Of a stretch of 64,000 nt of DNA, positions 63,060 through 64,000 are shown piece by piece. The position numbers and the translations under genes are program-made. The DNA is taken from the IMG/VR virus record IMGVR_UViG_3300020182_001907; one strand, 5' to 3'. The first letter of the stretch is position 1; each line of letters starts with the position of its first letter. Origin of the DNA: a virus. The notes under the pieces are model-generated. The model saw only the letters and a list, made by a program, of their open reading frames with translations, ran no database searches and had not been told where the DNA came from.

Positions 63060-64000
63060 ATGGTACATAGAGAATACAATGTCATTGTACATAAAGATGT
63101 GGATTTAGCTGAGCTAGAACAAGAACTGTGTGCTGCATTTGGTAACGAAACGATCCCTGATCGTGAAGTAGAAATTGTTGATCCAAGATATAAAAATCCA
63201 CGTATTACTAGTTTTAATCTCAGTGATGACGAAGCTGAACAGTTACGTGCAGATCCTAGAATACTAGAAGTAGAAATTCCACCACTTCAACAACCAGGTA
63301 TGATTGTTGAAAGATTTGTAGTGACTACCCAATCAGGAGATTTTGATAGAAGTAGTAGTACTGCTGATGATCATGTTAACTGGGGTTTACGTAGAGTTAT
63401 TGAAACTACCAATACATTTGGTGGTAGCACAACTATTGCAGGGGATTATAGTTATAGCAGAGATGGAACCGGCGTCGACTTTGTAGTAATGGATAGCGGA
63501 ATACAAGCCGATCATCCTGAATTCGAAGACGCAGATGGAAATAGTCGTGTAAGACAAATTGATTGGTATGATGCTGCTGATATTCCAGGAACTATGCCAA
63601 CTAATTTTTACACTGACTTTGAGGGACATGGAACACATTGCGCCGCAATTGCTGCTGGTAAAACATATGGATGGGCTAAAAACGCAGATATATATTCGTT
63701 AAAAATGGCAGGACTAGAAGGACCAACAGATCCTAATAATGGTATTAATTATTCAGTAATATTTGACCTTGTTGTAGCATGGCATAATCGTAAAAACAAT
63801 CCTGCTGATCCTATCTACACTGGACGTCCTACAGTAATGAATATGAGCTGGGGGTTTCTTTACCAGAACGAAAATGAACCAGATTCCGGTGAATACAGGG
63901 GTACACCGTGGACATTTGGAGATCCCGGATACACGGTAGGCACGACGCTGTGGAATAGCACAGGGATAGTACCAAAATTAGGAAATGCCACATCAGGTTA
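63060..64000 (+). CDS. Subtilisin-like (S8) serine protease, truncated by the window end
   Basis: Absent from the ORF track. ATG at 63060 (MVHREYNVIVH). A prodomain-like N-terminus precedes DGTGVDFVVMDSG (Asp at 63492), GHGTHCAAIAAG (His at 63627) and VMNMSWG. Confidence 0.88.
   Translation, partial: MVHREYNVIVHKDVDLAELEQELCAAFGNETIPDREVEIVDPRYKNPRITSFNLSDDEAEQLRADPRILEVEIPPLQQPGMIVERFVVTTQSGDFDRSSSTADDHVNWGLRRVIETTNTFGGSTTIAGDYSYSRDGTGVDFVVMDSGIQADHPEFEDADGNSRVRQIDWYDAADIPGTMPTNFYTDFEGHGTHCAAIAAGKTYGWAKNADIYSLKMAGLEGPTDPNNGINYSVIFDLVVAWHNRKNNPADPIYTGRPTVMNMSWGFLYQNENEPDSGEYRGTPWTFGDPGYTVGTTLWNSTGIVPKLGNATSG

Noticed and set aside
1-64000. Stop-codon reassignment as seen in some jumbo phages
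   Set aside because: Genes are full length and tightly packed in the standard code, and TAG and TGA end genes at sensible positions (for example 3110 and 15132).

Overview
The window is part of a large, AT-rich T4-superfamily (myovirus-type, probably jumbo) phage genome read in the standard genetic code. From left to right it holds: (i) a minus-strand fibre/virion cluster of two Gly-X-Gln collagen-like fibres, a 230-aa protein and a 1285-aa protein with five C-x-R-D helical repeats; (ii) the minus-strand head module in T4 order (portal gp20, two core proteins, protease gp21, scaffold gp22, major capsid gp23); (iii) a tape-measure-like gene divergent from a gp26-like gene; (iv) a 640-bp hairpin-dense non-coding region behind a GIY-YIG nuclease at the end of a gp55-gp47-gp46 operon; (v) a plus-strand baseplate module (gp53-, hub-, gp5-, gp25- and gp6-like genes, a 7914-aa giant protein, an S74-chaperone tail fibre and a subtilisin-like protease cut by the window edge). 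A GATAAATA late-promoter box recurs before structural genes. The best leads are the structured element behind the GIY-YIG gene, a probable programmed -1 frameshift fusing the gp26-like gene to a start-less downstream ORF, phycobiliprotein-like C-x-R-D repeats, and a type-1-copper-like motif inside a collagen fibre. All family calls come from motif recognition and gene order, not from database searches. I saw no tRNA, rRNA or CRISPR array.
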